64,000 nucleotides of DNA. Source: an uncultured Solirubrobacteraceae bacterium (lineage in GTDB: Bacteria > Actinomycetota > Thermoleophilia > Solirubrobacterales > Solirubrobacteraceae). The position numbers were made by a program, and so were the translations under genes. Shown here piece by piece: positions 9,211-17,715 of the stretch. The stretch is taken from contig CAWDKH010000008.1 of assembly GCA_963802905.1 (NCBI GenBank), positions 360,064 to 424,063 of the forward strand. Direction: 5' to 3'. The stretch's first letter is position 1, and each line of letters begins with the position of its first letter. The notes beneath the pieces were generated by a model. It worked only from the letters and a program-made list of their open reading frames with translations. It did no database searches and was not told the DNA's origin.

Positions 9211-9942
9211 ATGAGCCTTCCACAGATCGTGAACCGAGACGAATGGCTGGCCGCGCGCACCGCGCTCCTGGAGCAGGAGAAGGAGCTCACCCGCCGCCGC
9301 GACGCGCTCAGCGCCGACCGCCGGCGGCTGCCGATGGTCGAGATCACCAAGGACTACCGCTTCACCGGCCCGCAGGGCGAGGTCGGGCTGATCGACCTCT
9401 TCGAGGGCCGGCGGCAGCTGATCCTCGGGCACTTCATGTTCGACCCCGACTGGGAGGACGGCTGCCCGAGCTGCTCGGCCGGCGTCGACGAGATGTCGCC
9501 CGGCCTGCAGGAGCACCTCCACACCCGCGACACCACGATGGCCTATGTCTCGCGCGCGCCGCTGGAGAAGCTCGAGCGCTGGAAGGCCAAGAAGGGCTGG
9601 GACGTCGCCTGGTACTCGTCCGGCGGCAGCGACTTCAACTACGACTTCGGCGTCACGATCGACGACGCGAAGGGCTCCTCGTCCTACAACTTCCGCCCGA
9701 TCGCCGACGAGCCGCGGCTGGCCGAGAGCGAGCAGCCGTACGAGATGCCGGGCACGAGCATCTTCCTGCGCGTCGACGACCGCGTGTTCCACACCTACTC
9801 GTCCTACGCGCGCGGCGCCGAGCAGACCGGCGGCTCGTACTACTTCCTCGACCTCACCGCGCTCGGGCGCCAGGAGGACTGGGAGGAGCCGAAGGGCCGC
9901 GCGGACAGCGCGCGCGCCGCCCAGCCGGACTTCGCGAGCTAG
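9211..9942 (+). CDS. DUF899 thioredoxin-like protein
   Basis: MSLPQIVNRDEWLAARTALLEQEKELTRRRDALSADRRRLPMV...GCPSCS...VFHTYSSYARG is the characteristic DUF899 pattern. Confidence 0.8.
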   Translation: MSLPQIVNRDEWLAARTALLEQEKELTRRRDALSADRRRLPMVEITKDYRFTGPQGEVGLIDLFEGRRQLILGHFMFDPDWEDGCPSCSAGVDEMSPGLQEHLHTRDTTMAYVSRAPLEKLERWKAKKGWDVAWYSSGGSDFNYDFGVTIDDAKGSSSYNFRPIADEPRLAESEQPYEMPGTSIFLRVDDRVFHTYSSYARGAEQTGGSYYFLDLTALGRQEDWEEPKGRADSARAAQPDFAS

Positions 9943-10790
9943 CGCCGCTCGCGGATCGCCGCCGCGAAGACCGCGGGTGCCTCGAGCGGCGTGAAGTGCC
10001 CGGCGCCGTCGAGCCAGCACAGGTCGGCGGCGCTGAAGAACACGTCGAGGCGGTCCGACCAGGCGCGAGGGAAGAGTGGGTCGTGCTCCTGCCACAGCAC
10101 GGTGGTGGGCGTGGCGATCCGCTGCTCCGGCGCCGTCTCCGCCAGCGCGCTCGCAACGCCACCCGAGCCCGCGCGGTACCAGCCGATCGAGGCGGTCATC
10201 GCGCCGGGCTCGCCGTAGGCGGCGGCGAGGTGGTCGAGGCGGGCGTCGGTGGGCGTGTAGTCCGGGCCCGACCAGTGGTTCCAGAAGTGCGCGAGGTACA
10301 CGCGCACCGCGACAGGGTCGCCGTCGAGGATCTGTTCGATCAGCGGGAGCTGGTGGAAAGCCTGGTACCAGAACTCGCGCATCGCCCCGGGGCTGAGGAT
10401 GCGCTGGCCGGCCCCGGGCAGCGGCGGCGAGACGACGAGCGCGTGCACCTTCTCCGGCGTGTCGCGGGCGATCGCCTGCGCGATCCGGCTGCCGATGTCG
10501 TAGCCGGCGATCACCGGCGCGTCGAGCCCGAGCTCGTCGATCAGCCCGACCACGCTGCGCGCCTGGGCGACGGCCGAGTATGCCTCCGCGGGCGGCTCGA
10601 GGTGCTTGTCGGACTCCCCGAATCCGCGCAGGTCCGGCACCACAACCTCGAAGTCGGCGGTCAGCAGCGGAACCACATCCTCGTGGTCGGTGTGATCGCC
10701 CGGCCAGCCGTGCAGCAGCACCACCGGCGGCCCGGATCCCGTGCGCTCGTAGGCGAGCGAGAAGCCGTCGACGGGAGCGGATCGGTCCAT
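9939..10790 (-). CDS. alpha/beta hydrolase (epoxide hydrolase/haloalkane dehalogenase-like)
   Basis: VVLLHGWPG...PDLRGFGESD...GYDIGSRIA nucleophile-elbow pattern. Confidence 0.85.
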   Translation of the reverse strand: MDRSAPVDGFSLAYERTGSGPPVVLLHGWPGDHTDHEDVVPLLTADFEVVVPDLRGFGESDKHLEPPAEAYSAVAQARSVVGLIDELGLDAPVIAGYDIGSRIAQAIARDTPEKVHALVVSPPLPGAGQRILSPGAMREFWYQAFHQLPLIEQILDGDPVAVRVYLAHFWNHWSGPDYTPTDARLDHLAAAYGEPGAMTASIGWYRAGSGGVASALAETAPEQRIATPTTVLWQEHDPLFPRAWSDRLDVFFSAADLCWLDGAGHFTPLEAPAVFAAAIRERR

Positions 10791-10834
10791 CTTCGCCCAC
10801 GGTACTCCGGCTTCCGGGCTAGGGTCTCGCGACC

Positions 10835-11173
10835 ATGAAGACCTCTCTCATCCTCGCGCTCCTCGTGCTCGCCTTCCTCGCTCCGGGCGCCTCCGCCGCC
10901 AAATCCTGCACCGCGCCTGCGTACCCGGGCGGCATGGGCACGTTCAGCTCGCTCAAGGTCACGAAGGTGAGCTGCACGACGGGAAAGAAGGTCACGCTCT
11001 CCTACCACGCGTGCCGCACGAAGACGGGGCCTGCTGGCCGCTGCGTCTCGAAGGTCCGCGGCTACGCCTGCCGCGAGCAGCGCACCACGGTGGGGACGGA
11101 GATCAGCGCGAAGGTGCAGTGCCAGAAGGGCAAGAAGAAGAAGGTCTCCTTCTCGTACACGCAGACCGGCTGA
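10835..11173 (+). CDS. secreted cysteine-rich small protein (hypothetical)
   Basis: Sec signal peptide MKTSLILALLVLAFLAPGASA, then a Lys-rich mature part with 6 Cys. I recognise no family. It has visibly more A/T-ending codons than its neighbours. Confidence 0.6.
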   Translation: MKTSLILALLVLAFLAPGASAAKSCTAPAYPGGMGTFSSLKVTKVSCTTGKKVTLSYHACRTKTGPAGRCVSKVRGYACREQRTTVGTEISAKVQCQKGKKKKVSFSYTQTG

Positions 11174-11219
11174 GCGCCGAGCCGCCTCGGCCCGCCTGCG
11201 CACGGGCTACGGTTCCGCG

Positions 11220-12230
11220 GTGCCTTTCGACTGCCGCGTGGACCGCCGCTCACTGGGCGACGAGCTCGACCTTCCGGCACTTACGTGGGATCGGCTCGAC
11301 TGGACAGCGCCGACCGATGGGAGGCCCTCTGCGCTGGAGCTCGTTCGGTCGCTGACCAAGGGGCAGTGGGCGATGCTCGTCCTGGATGTGGCACAGGGCC
11401 AGATCGACAACGGCGGCTTCATGCAGTTCTTCGACAACAAGGGCGAATACCTGAGCGACGTCGTCGATGCAGCTCGCTTGGTGAGCGCCGACGCCTACGT
11501 CCCTCTCCTCGGACGCGCGATGCGCGTGTGGCCCGAGGGCCTTCCGTGGGACCTCGAGGAGCGGCGCGCGTACCTCGACCGCCACATGGCCGAGGAGGCT
11601 TGCAGCGAGCGACTCGCCGAGCGGCTCGCCGCGCTGGACGATGACTTCTACGCCGTCGGCGGGCTTGACCTCGTGGGCCACGCACTCCGTCACGCCGACC
11701 AGCATCCGGACGACTTCTTCTTGTCCCCGGAGGCAGCCCGACAGGACGTCGATGACTTCATCGCGCGGCTGCGTTCGCGTATTGGCCCGCTACCCGTCGC
11801 CTCCAGCGACGCCATCGCGCGCGTCGAGGCAGAGGTCGGCCAGGAGCTTCCCGAGCTTGTCCGTCGCCTCTACCTCGAGGTCGGCGACGGCGGCTGGGGA
11901 CCGGACCGCGGGGTGCTGACGCTGTGCCCCCGGGGCGAAGGCGACCTCCTCGACCATCTCGCTCAGGTGCGGGACCGCCGCGGTCCGGCCGGACAGCGCT
12001 GGCCCGAAGCGACCATCCCGTTCTGCATCGGCAGGAGCGGCATCGTGTGCATCGATTTGGACGACTCGACGTTGGAGCCGTGCCTCCTCCCCAGCGAAGG
12101 CGAGACGCCGTGGTCCTCCTTCGACCACACGCCTCTGCTTCGGTACGTCGCGGCGAGCCTGCGGGGTTGGCTCGAGCATTGGCTCCGTGAGCCGGACGCA
12201 GGCCACGCAGTCGCATCGAGCGGGCCCTAG
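11220..12230 (+). CDS. DMP19/DUF4375 - SMI1/KNR4 (SUKH) fusion protein, immunity-protein-like
   Basis: The N-terminal half has the DMP19 hallmark VAQGQIDNGGFMQFFDN. The C-terminal half has the SMI1/KNR4 pattern (IARVEAEVGQELPELVRRLYLEVGDGGWGP). GTG start. Codon usage is less GC3-biased than in flanking genes. Confidence 0.65.
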   Translation: MPFDCRVDRRSLGDELDLPALTWDRLDWTAPTDGRPSALELVRSLTKGQWAMLVLDVAQGQIDNGGFMQFFDNKGEYLSDVVDAARLVSADAYVPLLGRAMRVWPEGLPWDLEERRAYLDRHMAEEACSERLAERLAALDDDFYAVGGLDLVGHALRHADQHPDDFFLSPEAARQDVDDFIARLRSRIGPLPVASSDAIARVEAEVGQELPELVRRLYLEVGDGGWGPDRGVLTLCPRGEGDLLDHLAQVRDRRGPAGQRWPEATIPFCIGRSGIVCIDLDDSTLEPCLLPSEGETPWSSFDHTPLLRYVAASLRGWLEHWLREPDAGHAVASSGP

Positions 12231-12246
12231 ACCTCGGGCCGAGAAG

Positions 12247-12625
12247 TGGAGACGGCGGGAATTGAACCCGCGTCCGCAGTCGCGTAAAGGGCAGTATCTA
12301 CGAGCGTATCCGGCGCTCTGTATCTCGCTCATCACTCGCCACGCCGGCGGGGTTGTGACTTGCCAGTCCGCTTGAAATGTCCCCCTCTTCGGCGCGGACG
12401 GGCCTCCGAGGGGTAGAGCCTGCTTCTGACTCGGCGCTGATCCCGGCGCAGGCTCCGGGGGCCAAGCCGCTACCTAGTTTCAGCTAGGCAGCGAGACGGA
12501 AGGCGTGAACGCCCTCCTCATTGTGCTTGTTCGCACTTATTGGTTGCTGGGGTTTTACGAGGCCTCCAGCACCTCGGCTCGCAACTACCCCCACGAGATC
12601 GACCGCGTCGAAGCCTGTCGTCCCC
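12247..12625 (-). ncRNA. ssrA: tmRNA (transfer-messenger RNA)
   Basis: The 5' end GGGGACGACAGGCTTCGACG pairs with the 3' end GGGTTCAATTCCCGCCGTCTCCA (acceptor stem with G3:U, T-arm). CCA is not encoded. Tag ORF at 12534..12484: GCG AAC AAG ... GCT GCC TAG = ANKHNEEGVHAFRLAA*. TAGAAT sits about 21 nt upstream of the mature 5' end. Confidence 0.92.
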
Positions 12626-12679
12626 AGGGGGCTATGTACGTTTCCCATTCTAGTTGGCCGAGACAAATCGAGGGGACGC

Positions 12680-14065
12680 ATGGACAGCTTCGACGTAGTG
12701 GTGGTCGGCGGCGGGCCCGCCGGAGAGGTGGCGGCGGGGCGCTTGGCCGACGCGGGGCTCGATGTGGCGCTGGTCGAGGACGACGTCGTCGGCGGCGAGT
12801 GCTCGTTCTACGCGTGCATGCCCTCCAAGGCGCTGCTGCGCCCGCAAGAGATCCTGCGCGAGATCCACCGCATCCCCGGCGCGGCCGAGGCGGTGACCGG
12901 CGAGCTCGACGTCCAGGCGGTGCTCGACCGCCGCGACGAGGTCATCCACGACCTCGACGACTCGAGCATGCTCCCGTGGCTCGACGACCGCGGGATCAAG
13001 CTGTACCGCGGCTTCGGCGTCCTCAACGGCGAGAAGCGCGTCGACGTCGGAGCCGACCAGCTCGAGGCGCGCCAGGCGGTGATCCTCGCCGGCGGCACCC
13101 GCGCCGCGTTCCCGCCGATCGAGGGCCTGCGCGAGGCCGAGCCCTGGACCAACCGCGAGGCGACCACCGCCAAGCAGATCCCCGACGCGGTCGTGATCCT
13201 CGGCGGCGGCGTGTTCGGCACCGAGCTGGCGCAGGCCTACCGCTCGCTCGGCGCCGAGGTGACGCTGATCGAGGGCGAGCGGCGGCTGCTGCCCAGCGAG
13301 GAGGAGTTCGCCTGCGAGCAGGTCACCGATGCGCTCGTCGAGCAGGGCGTCGACGTCCGCACCGGGCGCAAGGTGGCGAAGATCGAGCAGGACGGCGACA
13401 CGCTGCGCGTCCACATGGACGACGACTCGACCGTCGACGCCGAGCAGCTCATCGCCGCGCTGGGGCGGACGCCGCGGACCGGCGAGCTGGGGCTCGACAC
13501 CGTCGACCTCGAGACCGGCAACGGCGGCTACATCGACGTCGACGAGAACATGCAGGTCCCAGGCCACGACTGGCTGTACGCGATCGGCGACGTCAACGGC
13601 CGCGTCCTGCTGACCCACATGGGCAAGTACCAGGCGCGCCTGGCGGTCGAGCACATCCTCGGCAACCCGTCGTCGGCGGAGCACGGCGCCGACGGCCACC
13701 AGTCCCCGCGCGTGGTCTTCACCGACCCGCAGGTCGCGGCCGTCGGCCACACGGAGAGGTCCGCGCGCGACGCGGGCCTGGACTTCCACATCCTCGAGGT
13801 CGGCACGTCGGCCAACGCGGGCGGCTCCTACTACGGCCGCAACGCCCCCGGCACCTCGCGCCTCCTCGTCGACAAGGACTCCGACCTCATCATCGGCGCC
13901 ACCATCACCGGCGCCGAGGTCGCCGACTTCCTCCACGCCGCCACGATCGCGATCGTCGGCGAGATCCCGATGGGGCGGCTCTGGCACGCAACTCCGTCGT
14001 TCCCGACCCGCAGCGAGATCTGGCTCAACCTGATGGCCGCGTGGGAGAAGGCGAAGGGGAGCTAG
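12680..14065 (+). CDS. FAD-dependent pyridine nucleotide-disulfide oxidoreductase
   Basis: MDSFDVVVVGGGPAGE (FAD fold), redox-active pair GGECSFYACMPSK, second GxGxxG (ILGGGVFGTE), and a C-terminal dimerisation domain. The ATG at 12680 sits within a longer track ORF. Confidence 0.85.
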   Translation: MDSFDVVVVGGGPAGEVAAGRLADAGLDVALVEDDVVGGECSFYACMPSKALLRPQEILREIHRIPGAAEAVTGELDVQAVLDRRDEVIHDLDDSSMLPWLDDRGIKLYRGFGVLNGEKRVDVGADQLEARQAVILAGGTRAAFPPIEGLREAEPWTNREATTAKQIPDAVVILGGGVFGTELAQAYRSLGAEVTLIEGERRLLPSEEEFACEQVTDALVEQGVDVRTGRKVAKIEQDGDTLRVHMDDDSTVDAEQLIAALGRTPRTGELGLDTVDLETGNGGYIDVDENMQVPGHDWLYAIGDVNGRVLLTHMGKYQARLAVEHILGNPSSAEHGADGHQSPRVVFTDPQVAAVGHTERSARDAGLDFHILEVGTSANAGGSYYGRNAPGTSRLLVDKDSDLIIGATITGAEVADFLHAATIAIVGEIPMGRLWHATPSFPTRSEIWLNLMAAWEKAKGS

Positions 14066-14694
14066 AAGAGGAGGCGCCGCACGAGCGCGCCCCAGCCCGC
14101 CTTCAGCCGCTCGAGCTCCATCCCGCGCCCGCGGCGCTGGTAGAAGAACGTGCGCGCGGAGAGCGCGGCGAGCAGCATGCCGGCGCACACGTCCTCGTCG
14201 AGGTCGGGCGCCGCCTCGGCCACGAGCGTGCGGACGTGCAGCCAGTACGCGGCCCAGGCGTCGGAGCGCTGCTGCGCGGTCGGGTCGCCGCCCTCGGCGA
14301 CGAGCAGCAGGTCGCCGTGCTTCTCGAGCAGGTCGAGCATGCCCTCGCCGAACGCGACGAGGCGCTCGGCAGGCGGCGCGCCCGGCCCGAGCGGCGGCTC
14401 GCCGCGGATGAACGCGTCCTGGAACGCGCCGTCGCGCTCGGACAGCAGCGAGCGCGCGAGCGACGCGCGGTCGCCGAAGCGGCGGAAGAGCGTGCCCTTG
14501 CCGACGCCCGCCTCGGCCGCGATCGCGTCCATCGACGTACAGCTGACGCCGTTCTCGGCGAACAGCTTCTCGGCCGCGGCGAGGATGCGCCGGCGGTTGC
14601 GCGCGGCGTCCGCCCGCTCGGGCGGTTCGGAGCCGACGAGCGGGAGCTCGATCGGCTGGAGCGCGTCTGGTGTGGTCACGGTGGGGTTCATCAT
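14062..14694 (-). CDS. TetR family transcriptional regulator
   Basis: RRRILAAAEKLFAENGVSCTSMDAIAAEAGVGKGTLFRRFGDRASL is a TetR HTH. Confidence 0.85.
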   Translation of the reverse strand: MMNPTVTTPDALQPIELPLVGSEPPERADAARNRRRILAAAEKLFAENGVSCTSMDAIAAEAGVGKGTLFRRFGDRASLARSLLSERDGAFQDAFIRGEPPLGPGAPPAERLVAFGEGMLDLLEKHGDLLLVAEGGDPTAQQRSDAWAAYWLHVRTLVAEAAPDLDEDVCAGMLLAALSARTFFYQRRGRGMELERLKAGWGALVRRLLF

Positions 14695-14700
14695 CCTGAT

Positions 14701-14756
14701 CGGACTGTAGTCCGTTTACATGCTACACTACCCGGGCATAAGCGGACCACGGTCCG
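14701..14756. promoter_or_regulatory. two related palindromic operators between the TetR and yceI-like genes
   Basis: CGGACT-GT-AGTCCG (14701-14714) and CGGACC-AC-GGTCCG (14743-14756), with centres 42 bp apart, in the 90-bp divergent intergenic region. Confidence 0.5.
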
Positions 14757-14784
14757 AAACAGGCTTCAACTGGGGGAATACACA

Positions 14785-15315
14785 ATGGCCATCGCCACCG
14801 AGCAGCTTCAGGGCACGTACGTCCTCGATCCCGTTCACTCGAGCGCGTCGTTCGCCGTCAAGCACATGATCGTCTCGACCTTCCGCGGTCGATTCGAGAA
14901 GTTCGACGCGACGCTGACCGACGGCAAGCTCGTCGGCACGGTCGACGTCGGCTCGATCGTCGTCAAGGACGAGAACCTGGCTGCCCACCTGCAGTCGCCC
15001 GAGTTCTTCGACGCCGAGCGCCACCCGGAGCTCCGCTTCGAGTCCACCGACATCCGCCGCACCGAGGGCGACGAGATCGTCGTCGACGGCGAGCTCACCA
15101 TCAAGGGCATCACGAAGGCCGTCGAGGCCCGCGGCACGCTCGAGGGCCCCGCGGTCACCTTCGGCGACGTCAACAAGATCGGCCTGACGCTCGAGGCGAT
15201 CATCGATCGCACCGAGTTCGGCCTGAACTGGAACGCGCCGCTGCCCAAGGGCGGCTTCGCGCTCGCCAACGACGTCAAGCTGATCGTCGAGCTCGAGCTC
15301 GCGGAGCAGGCCTAA
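14785..15315 (+). CDS. YceI family protein
   Basis: YVLDPVHSSASFAVKHMIVSTFRGRF...DGELTIKGITK... is the YceI pattern. These are the last 176 codons of a spurious 936-aa track ORF. Confidence 0.85.
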   Translation: MAIATEQLQGTYVLDPVHSSASFAVKHMIVSTFRGRFEKFDATLTDGKLVGTVDVGSIVVKDENLAAHLQSPEFFDAERHPELRFESTDIRRTEGDEIVVDGELTIKGITKAVEARGTLEGPAVTFGDVNKIGLTLEAIIDRTEFGLNWNAPLPKGGFALANDVKLIVELELAEQA

Positions 15316-15321
15316 CCAGCC

Positions 15322-15885
15322 ATGCGCATCCTCGGGATCTCGGGCTCGCTGCGGCGAGACTCATACAACACGAAGCTCCTTCGGGAGGCCGGGCGGCTGC
15401 TGCCGCCCGGCGCCGAGCTCGTCGAGTTCGACGGGCTGAAGGCCGTCGCTCCGTTTGACGCGGACGACGAGGCCGCCCCGATCCCCCCGCGCGGCGTGTT
15501 CGAGCTGCGCGCGGCGATCGCGGACGCCGACGCGATCCTGATCGCGACGCCGGAGTACAACCACTCCATCCCGGGGGTGCTGAAGAACGCCATCGACTGG
15601 GCCTCGCGCCCGAAGGCCGACGCTGCGCTGAAGAACAAGCCCGTCGCGGTGATCGGCACGAGCACCGGCATGTTCGGCGCGGTGTGGGCGCAGGCCGAGA
15701 CGCGCAAGGCGCTCGCAGGCGCCGGCGCGCGCGTCATCGACCGCGAGCTGCCCGTCGGCTCGGCCGACGAGCAGTTCCACCCGCTCGACGGCCGGCTGGT
15801 CGAGAAGGACCTCGAACTCGAGCTCGGCGGCATCCTGGCCGAGCTCATCGGTGAGGTCCAGCCCGCGCTGCTGCAGGCCAGTTAG
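15322..15885 (+). CDS. NADPH-dependent FMN reductase
   Basis: MRILGISGSLRRDSYNTKLL...ATPEYNHSIPGVLKNAIDWASRP. Confidence 0.85.
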   Translation: MRILGISGSLRRDSYNTKLLREAGRLLPPGAELVEFDGLKAVAPFDADDEAAPIPPRGVFELRAAIADADAILIATPEYNHSIPGVLKNAIDWASRPKADAALKNKPVAVIGTSTGMFGAVWAQAETRKALAGAGARVIDRELPVGSADEQFHPLDGRLVEKDLELELGGILAELIGEVQPALLQAS

Positions 15886-16244
15886 GGGGCGAGCAGTTCG
15901 ATCCGGTTGCCCCACGGATCGGCGGTGAAGAAGCGGCGGCGGCCGGCGATGCGATCGTCCCAGTGGACGTCCGCGCCGGCCGCCGTCAGCGCTGCCGCCA
16001 ACGTGTCGAGCTCCGCGTCGGAGCCGACGCGCAGCCCCGGGTGGGCCTTGCCGGCAGGCGTGAAGCCCTCGTCAACGCCGACGTGCAGCTCCGCGTTGCC
16101 GACGGCGAACCACACGCCGCTGCCGCGCAGCCCCTCCGGCTTCTCGAGCTCGCGCAGCCCGAGCAGGCGGCCGTAGAAGCCGCGCGCCTCGCGCTCGCTG
16201 CCAGGCGGCGCGGCGACCTGGACGTGGTCGAGCCCGTCGATCAC
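15882..16244 (-). CDS. VOC family protein
   Basis: VIDGLDHVQVAAPPGSEREARGFYGRLLGL...FFTADPWGNRIEL. The GTG start overlaps the upstream stop (GTGA). Confidence 0.75.
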   Translation of the reverse strand: MIDGLDHVQVAAPPGSEREARGFYGRLLGLRELEKPEGLRGSGVWFAVGNAELHVGVDEGFTPAGKAHPGLRVGSDAELDTLAAALTAAGADVHWDDRIAGRRRFFTADPWGNRIELLAP

Positions 16245-17467
16245 AAGAGGACCTCTTCGGGGTCGTAGCGGCGCTTGAGCTCGAGCAACCGCTCGCGGTT
16301 GGCGCCGAGGTACTCGACCGCCCACGGGTCGAGGTCGTCCTCGGGGAAGTTCGGGTAGACGCCGCCGGTGCCGTACGGATGCGTGATCGCGTGGGCGCGG
16401 TCCAGCCATGCGCGCGCCGCCTCGACCGGCCCGCCGGGCTCGACCACGGCCGCGTGCTTGAGCAGAAAGCGCGCGTCGCGATGGGCGAACGCCGTCGCCT
16501 CGACCGGCGTGCGGCAGTACGCGCCGCCCCAGGGCGAGAAGTCGAGCTCGCGATCGAAGTCTCCCTCGCCGAGGTGCGCGACGAGCGCTGCGATCGCGTC
16601 GGGAGGCAGCGGCTCGGCGAAGTACTCCGAGCGCAGGTAGGCATGGCTCGAGTCCTCCTCCTCGCCCGCGCCGCCGAGGCCGGCCAGGAAGCGCTTGGCC
16701 TCGCGGCAGGAGCCTGTCTGGACGCGGGCGGAGAGCGGCTCGCCCAGCGGCTCGAGCAGCTCCCGCAGCTCCGCCTCGGGCCCCGCGTAGCTGCCGAACA
16801 CCTTCACCGTGACCGGCGGCGCGGTGATCAGGAGGCTGGCGGCGAGCGCGTCGGGCGCGTCCGGTGCCCACGCCTGCCACGCGGCGATCGTCGCCGCCGG
16901 ATCGGGCCAGAACGTCTCGAACGCCGTCGTCTCGGGCGCCGGCACGGTCGCGAAGTGCAGCGTGGTGACGACACCGAAGCGCCCGCCGCCCGCCCCCCGC
17001 AGCGCCCAGAACAGGTCGGGCTCCTCGTGCTCGTCGCAGCGCACCTGGCGCCCGTCGGGCAGGACGACCTCGGCCGCGCGCAGCGCGTCGGCGGTCAGCC
17101 CGTGGAGGCGGCCGAGGATCCCGAGCCCGCCGCCGAGGGTGAGCCCGGCGATGCCGACGGTCGTGCCGCACCCGCCCGGGATCGTCACGCCGTAGGCGTC
17201 GAGCGCGTCGTAGACGTCGCCCAACAGCGCACCCGCTCCGATCGTCGCCCGCCCGTCGCCAACCGCCACCCCGTCGAAGAGCGAGACGTCGATCAGCACG
17301 CCGTCGGTTGATGAGCGGCCGGCAAAGCAGTGGCCGCCGCTGCGCACCGCGACGGGCAGCCCGTGGGTCGCGGCGAACTCGAAGGCGGCGGCGACGTCCT
17401 GCGGAGTCCGGCAGGCGACGACCGCCTCGGGCTGGATGTCTCTGAAGCGGGCGAGTACCGGTCGCAT
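16241..17467 (-). CDS. FAD-binding oxidoreductase (berberine-bridge-enzyme-like)
   Basis: FAD_binding_4 pattern (VAVRSGGHCFAGRS...GTTVGIAGLTLGGGLG) plus a BBE C-terminal motif (YPNFPEDDLDPW...YDPEEVL). Confidence 0.85.
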   Translation of the reverse strand: MRPVLARFRDIQPEAVVACRTPQDVAAAFEFAATHGLPVAVRSGGHCFAGRSSTDGVLIDVSLFDGVAVGDGRATIGAGALLGDVYDALDAYGVTIPGGCGTTVGIAGLTLGGGLGILGRLHGLTADALRAAEVVLPDGRQVRCDEHEEPDLFWALRGAGGGRFGVVTTLHFATVPAPETTAFETFWPDPAATIAAWQAWAPDAPDALAASLLITAPPVTVKVFGSYAGPEAELRELLEPLGEPLSARVQTGSCREAKRFLAGLGGAGEEEDSSHAYLRSEYFAEPLPPDAIAALVAHLGEGDFDRELDFSPWGGAYCRTPVEATAFAHRDARFLLKHAAVVEPGGPVEAARAWLDRAHAITHPYGTGGVYPNFPEDDLDPWAVEYLGANRERLLELKRRYDPEEVLL

Positions 17468-17487
17468 TCCGCGGATTAAACGAAAGC

Positions 17488-17604
17488 GACGCGAAGGGAG
17501 CCGCTTGAGGAGCCCTCCGATCGATCCGCCGAAGCTTCTCGATCCTCAGGGCGGCGGGCCTTTCGTCCTCAAGCCTCGCTCTCTGCGGCTACGACCTTCG
17601 CGTC
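17488..17604. other. nested long-range inverted repeat (candidate structured RNA or cis-regulatory element)
   Basis: GACGCGAAGG (17488-97) pairs with CCTTCGCGTC (17595-604). GCTTGAGGA (17503-11) pairs with TCCTCAAGC (17566-74). GCCC pairs with GGGC and CCGCC with GGCGG inside these. It lies in a 248-bp AT-richer divergent intergenic region. Confidence 0.3.
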
Positions 17605-17715
17605 TGGAACCAACCTAGGGCGGCCCCCAGCGGAGTTCAAGTCCAGCTGACCACTAATCCCGCACCTTCCGAAGAAAACCCCAGCCTTAAGTCGCGGTGC
17701 CACACTGATTCGGCG

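Noticed and set aside
10800-12246. A complete integrated island or prophage at the tmRNA gene
   Set aside because: No integrase, no phage genes, and no direct repeat of the tmRNA 3' end are found in the flanking 1.5 kb. Only the weaker remnant / orphan-immunity interpretation is kept as a finding.
12505-15315. 936-aa plus-strand ORF spanning tmRNA to yceI
   Set aside because: It is a chance read-through. Only the last 176 codons (YceI) are coding. The region upstream contains the oxidoreductase in another frame and the TetR gene on the other strand.
17625-17650. tRNA-like T-arm sequence GGAGTTCAAGTCCAGC
   Set aside because: The flanks cannot be folded into an acceptor stem or cloverleaf. 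There is no matching D or anticodon arm, and it does not match the tmRNA 3' end.
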